A stretch of DNA of 64,000 nt from the human T2T-CHM13v2.0 reference genome, Homo sapiens. A model generated the notes under the pieces. The model had not been told where the DNA came from, ran no database searches, and saw only the letters and a list, made by a program, of their open reading frames with translations. Location: the NCBI RefSeq assembly GCF_009914755.1, contig NC_060939.1; one strand, given 5' to 3'. Below, piece after piece: positions 58,966 through 64,000 of this stretch (position 1 is the first letter of the stretch; every line of letters begins with the position of its first letter). The translations under genes and the position numbers were made by a program.

Positions 58966-59601
58966 AGAGGAAGAGAGAGGAGGGGAGATTAATAAAAAGA
59001 GAAGATATGAGCTCAGTTTCTTATGGTTCCAATTATTTGTGTGGGTCCTTGGCAATTACTTAGGTACTCTAAATGCCTCCCCATTCAGGTCTCTATTAAG
59101 ATGCCACCTCTCCTAAGAGCACTCTCTGACCTACCTCATTACCTAATACCACACCTGCCCAAGGTAACCTTTATTGCTCATTTTTTTCTTTAATATTATC
59201 TGAAATTATTCTATATGCTTGTTAACTTATTATCTCTATCCTGAAGACTAAAGGATTAAAGTAGAGACCTTATCTGTCTTGTTCACTGCTACAAGTCTAA
59301 TGCCTAAAATACTGCCTGACACTTCAAAAGTGCTAAATGTTTGTTAAATGAATGACTCTCAGTTTGCTTATCTGTGAAATAGGGATAATAACTACCTTAC
59401 AAGAATAATTATAAGAATATAAGAATTAAAATTCATAATGTATACAAAGGTGTTCTGTAAACTGTAAAGCAGAGATACAAAAGATTAAGCCAAAGGGTTG
59501 AAGGGGCAACTGCAGAAAGAACACATCAAAATCTGAACGACATTGTCAATTACAACTCCAATGCATCTAATTATTTTTATAACCAAAAAGAATGCACATA
59601 C

Positions 59602-59913
59602 CTTTCCTTGTAGAGGTCCCTGAATAAGCTTGGGATATTTCTGTGTTGAACTATTTCCATGCCCCAGTTTCCCATAATCACCATCTCCCCAACTGAAGAC
59701 TTCTCCTTCTGTCGTAAAGGCTAAAGTGTGACCATCAGATCCTTTAGAAGATGAAACCTTTTTAATGGATCTGTGAGGCTCGAATGTTAACTTTTTTAAA
59801 GTTGACTGATTATTGGAGTCTCCAAGGCCCAGTCTCCCATAGCTGCCTTTCCCGCAAGCTCTAACAGAGCCATCCGTAGAAATGACAAAAGTGCAGTACT
59901 GTCCAGCTTCAAT
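59602..59913 (-). CDS. HERC1: HERC1 coding exon (~exon 5), RCC1 repeats
   Basis: 312 nt, phase 0-0; IEAGQYCTF...GKGSYGRLGLG...VFSWGDGDYGKLGHG...GPLQGK. Counting puts Gly483 (GGA, 59686-59688) in the SWG motif, the residue of the mouse tambaleante G483E mutation, supporting the numbering. Confidence 0.97.
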
Positions 59914-60427
59914 CTATAAACAAAGAATCATAAATATAAAATACTTCTGTGAGTACCAAAGTATAATATTTAAGGCTGGTTTTATCAAAGAGCCTCAAAG
60001 GAAGTCTTTTAGCAGGATACGGCATGATTCTCCAGAGAGATTAAGGAATATACAGAAATCTAAGAGAACACGAATGGCCTTTTCATGCTCACAACTTTGT
60101 TGCTGAGTTCAAATTCTTCATGTATATGTTATCTTTCCAGGTTATTGTCCAGGTTATGATTGAATGAAACAACAAAGTAAAACGCTTAATATCCTCTTAT
60201 AACTGAGAATGGCAAGACATAAAGTTTTCCTTCCTATAAATTCCTTAGGGTACATTATGGCAAGAACCATATAAAATGTATTCTAAACCTATTTGAAAAA
60301 AAAATACATTTTAATGAAAGTAATAATCAAATAGAAAGTTCTAGCTGGGCTACAAATGTAAAAAAAAAAGTGATCATAAGAAAATGAAATGCTAATCTAG
60401 CAAAAAGAAATTCCAGTTTTTATTTAC

Positions 60428-60735
60428 TTTTTTTTTTTTTTTTTTTTTTTTGAGACAGAGTCTCGCTCTGTCACCTGGGCTAGAGTGCAGTGGTGCAATT
60501 TTGTTTCACTATAACCTCCACTTACCAGGTTCAAGCAATTCCTGCCTCAGCCCCCTGAGTACATGAGATTATAGGCACGCGCCATCATGCCCGGCTAATT
60601 TTTGTAAATAATTTTAGTAGAGACGGGGTTTCACCATGTTGGTCAAGCCAGTCTCGAACTCATGATCTCAAACGATCCACCCGCCTTGGCCTCCCAAAGT
60701 GCTGGGATTACAGGTGTGAGCCACCATACCAGGCC
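60428..60735 (-). mobile_element. Alu (AluS-like)
   Basis: Full dimer; TSD tttatttacttt. Confidence 0.94.
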
Positions 60736-60827
60736 TTTATTTACTTTTACTTGCCATTTGTGGTGAACATAACGGTAAAGTCTGTTGCTATTCTTAACAC
60801 TTTTTAAAAATCGAGATCCCAATTTAG

Positions 60828-61175
<348 letters not shown>

Positions 61176-61343
61176 AAAAATTTATTTTTCTATTAAAATG
61201 AAAAAAACTAATGCAGTATATAGACCAGAAATAACCATCGATAATTTTCACTCATTTAAAAAATACTCAATATTATTTAATGCAAATAAGCATGAATATA
61301 CACCAGATTATCTACCAGTTTGTAAGCTATTTAGAAAACTTAC

Positions 61344-61538
61344 GGTCTGTGCATCAGAGAAACTAGGAGCCAGTTTGGGTTGCAGTATTTTCTCCTGTGT
61401 ACCTTCTACCAACTGATGGCTGCTATTGCTCCCCCAAACATAAACCTCACAGGTTTCGGAGACAATGGGAGCATCACCAGTCTGAATGCTATCTGGGCTA
61501 GCACATGTTCTCGAATAATCAGAAGCCATTCTGCAAAC
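61344..61538 (-). CDS. HERC1: HERC1 coding exon (~exon 4), start of RCC1-like domain 1
   Basis: 195 nt, tag|...|gtaagt, phase 0-0; VCRMASDYSRTCASPDS...VYVWGSNSSHQL...FSDAQT matches recalled HERC1. Confidence 0.97.
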
Positions 61539-62069
61539 CTATTAAAAATTTAAAATATGCAACAAATAGTCAAGACAGTTTTAGTCTGGGCATTTTTTAT
61601 ACATATCCTCTGAAATTACTGTTGCCTTTCCTTCCAACACTCTCAAATGCTCAAAGAACCTATTAAATAAAGATAACTAGACTATTTACTCATATGGAAT
61701 AAACCACTAAAAGACGCTAATGAAGTGGCAAAAGTGGGAAACGGGAGACACACAATCCTTTAGCTAAACATTTTATTACTGCATACAAAACACTGTAGAA
61801 AAACAAAGCTTAAGAAATAAAGTAGAAAAAATCACCATGGATAATCTTAACATCTTAATACAATAAATTTTACCTTTTAAATATATGTCCTTCCAGAATT
61901 GTTCATATACAAATTATTTAACACAGTCACCACAGAGGATACATAAAAGTGACAAACTGCACAAAAGAGTCATGCAAATCCATGCCTACCTAGTCTTCAT
62001 GATTGAATAGATAATATTCCATCTAGTAAAAAACATCACAATGTACTCAACCACTTCCCCACCCCCAAC

Positions 62070-62198
62070 TTTTTTTTTAAATAGATGGGGTCTCATTATC
62101 TTACACAGACTAGACTCAAACTCCTGGGTTCAAGCAATCCTCCCACCTCAGCCCCCCAAGTAGCTGAGATTACAGGCATGCAAGTAATCATACCTGGC
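62070..62198 (-). mobile_element. Alu monomer (FLAM-like)
   Basis: Single arm; TSD ccactt(c/t)cc. Confidence 0.8.
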
Positions 62199-63429
62199 TC
62201 CACTTTCCTTTAATAGGGCATTTAGAGTCTATTTATTTGTTATATAGGCCATTTTTAAGGATATAGTTGTTACTATACTTTTTATTACTTCCTTAGTAGA
62301 GAATCTCAGAAATGGGACTCGGAATTCAAAAAAAGACAAGAATCCTATGATTCTTGAAACATACTATACCAAACTGCATTCCAAAATGGTGCTATTAATA
62401 CATCACCAGTAAGGTATGAAAGAAGGCTGTTCTAAAAACAGCGAAGGCACAAAGCAATTAACATTCACACGTATATCTGAATATATAAAATAAAAATCAT
62501 GGCTTATTTACCATTTCTGTAGAATATAATGGTAAAGTCTGTTGCCATTCAAAAGCCTTTTTAAAACACCAGGCTGCCTGCCAAAAGCATAGGACCCAGA
62601 GTGGCCATCCCAGTACCAATTTCACTGAATCCATACTCATAATAAGTATCATGCTTTTAAATTTTTTGGCAAACATAAATGAGGAAAAAGGAAGATGCCC
62701 TTATCTTAACTTCACATTTCTTTATTGTTAGCAAAACTAAAGTTTTTCCATCTATTTGTTTACTATATTTTGTGACGTGAACTTCTGTTCACTTATTTAT
62801 TAGAACTTAATAGATTTTTAAATTGACTTGTATGAACTCAATACAATAAAGATATTAACTGACTACAGTGACTATCAATTTGTTTTCTGCCTTTTAGTTT
62901 TTTGGTTTTGCTGAATCAAGCAAAACGATAAAAGAAATTTAAGAAGTCAACATATTAGTTTGCTAGCACATGAAATGGGAGAGGATAGGGTCATCTTGGT
63001 CAGATACTTTAAATAGTATCCAAACAATAGAATAATATGTGTGTTAGACAAATATTTTCCAGTGAACATGAGGACAGTATCTGAGGACAGCTGCCAGTCC
63101 CTAATAAAAGGTCTGGAATTTTGCTGGAGATAAAGGAGGATAGTGGGGCCAAGGGAGTCAGAATTGCTCATCTACAGGTCTATCACAGCCAGTGTGGTGG
63201 CTCATGCCTCTTGATACTGGCCAGCCAGGATTCCTTTCCAGGACAAAGCCCCTACACTGAGAAAAACTACTGGGGGCAGAAAAAAAATTGAACTGGATAG
63301 GGACAACAGAAAGGAAAGATGGAAAGGAAAGAGAATACCAAGACAAAAGTTGGGAAGGGGAACAAACTGGAAAACGACTTTTTTTTAACATTACACACAA
63401 AAAAAAACAGAGGGAGGGAGTCTATGGAG

Positions 63430-64000
63430 TTTAAAAAGCCATCTTAAATCCCAACTCATTCTAAGAGTTCAGGAAAACTAATCCTACGTAGAAATAAGCA
63501 ACAGAAAAGTATTGAGGTCAAATCCCATATGAAGTTATTATAAAGTTGCAGTGAGCCAAGATCATGCCACTGTACTCCAGCCCGGGCAGCAGAGACACCA
63601 TCCAAAAAAAAAAAAAAAAAAAAAGACACAAAGGAAAAACAGAAATCTGAATTACAAACCCTCAAAAATGAGGTAACATAACTCAAGAATTAGAAATAAG
63701 AGAAAAAAATCATTTTGGAACTGAAGACTAAACTAGAAGAAACCCAAAAGTAAATAAATACAGTAGATAATGCCCTAAGAGTAATGAAAGACAAAAAGCA
63801 TTTTTAGAAATTAAAAAATTTAAAAAGACAAAGTATTCAAGAAAAACTGACAAATATTAAAATCAGGCAAAGATCCAACATGCACATAATAGAAATCCCT
63901 AAAGAATAGAACCCAATCAAGGGAATAAAAATAAGAAACTGTAATTTAGGGACATTTTCCTGAAATAAAAAAGATTTGAAACTACATATTGAATTATCAC
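63430..64000 (+). mobile_element. Old L1 ORF1-like remnant with an Alu 3' fragment (63545-63624)
   Basis: A-rich L1ME ORF1-like sequence (aagatccaacatgcacataatag; ttttcctgaaataaaaaaga). Confidence 0.55.

Overview
Human/great-ape genomic DNA from inside the HERC1 gene (giant HECT- and RCC1-like-domain E3 ubiquitin ligase), transcribed on the minus strand. Twenty-three coding exons (probably exons 4-26; numbering from recall) splice into one stop-free frame of 3879 nt, about residues 343-1635. They cover the first RCC1-like domain (RLD1) and the following helical and disordered region. All introns are GT-AG except one 88-nt GC-AG intron. The introns hold about 40 Alu copies or fragments, old L1/L2 remnants and a few DNA transposons; most ORFs in the supplied track are repeat artefacts. 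The most interesting signal lies between exons 22 and 26, where non-repeat intronic blocks carry splice sites and stop-free frames whose phases match the canonical exons. A 196-nt block (phase 2->0) could replace exon 24 and a 142-nt block (phase 0->1) could replace exon 25; each gives a premature stop if added to the exon it mirrors. Symmetric 147-, 42- and 33-nt candidates and an in-frame alternative acceptor are also present. Together these suggest a hidden, possibly mutually exclusive splicing track, or an internal-promoter isoform. The window also contains a 67-nt copy of exon 24 inserted in the next intron and a retrocopied 5' half of tRNA-Cys. None of the candidate exons could be checked against annotation, RNA-seq or conservation, so some may already be known and some may be chance. 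Repeat boundaries are approximate.
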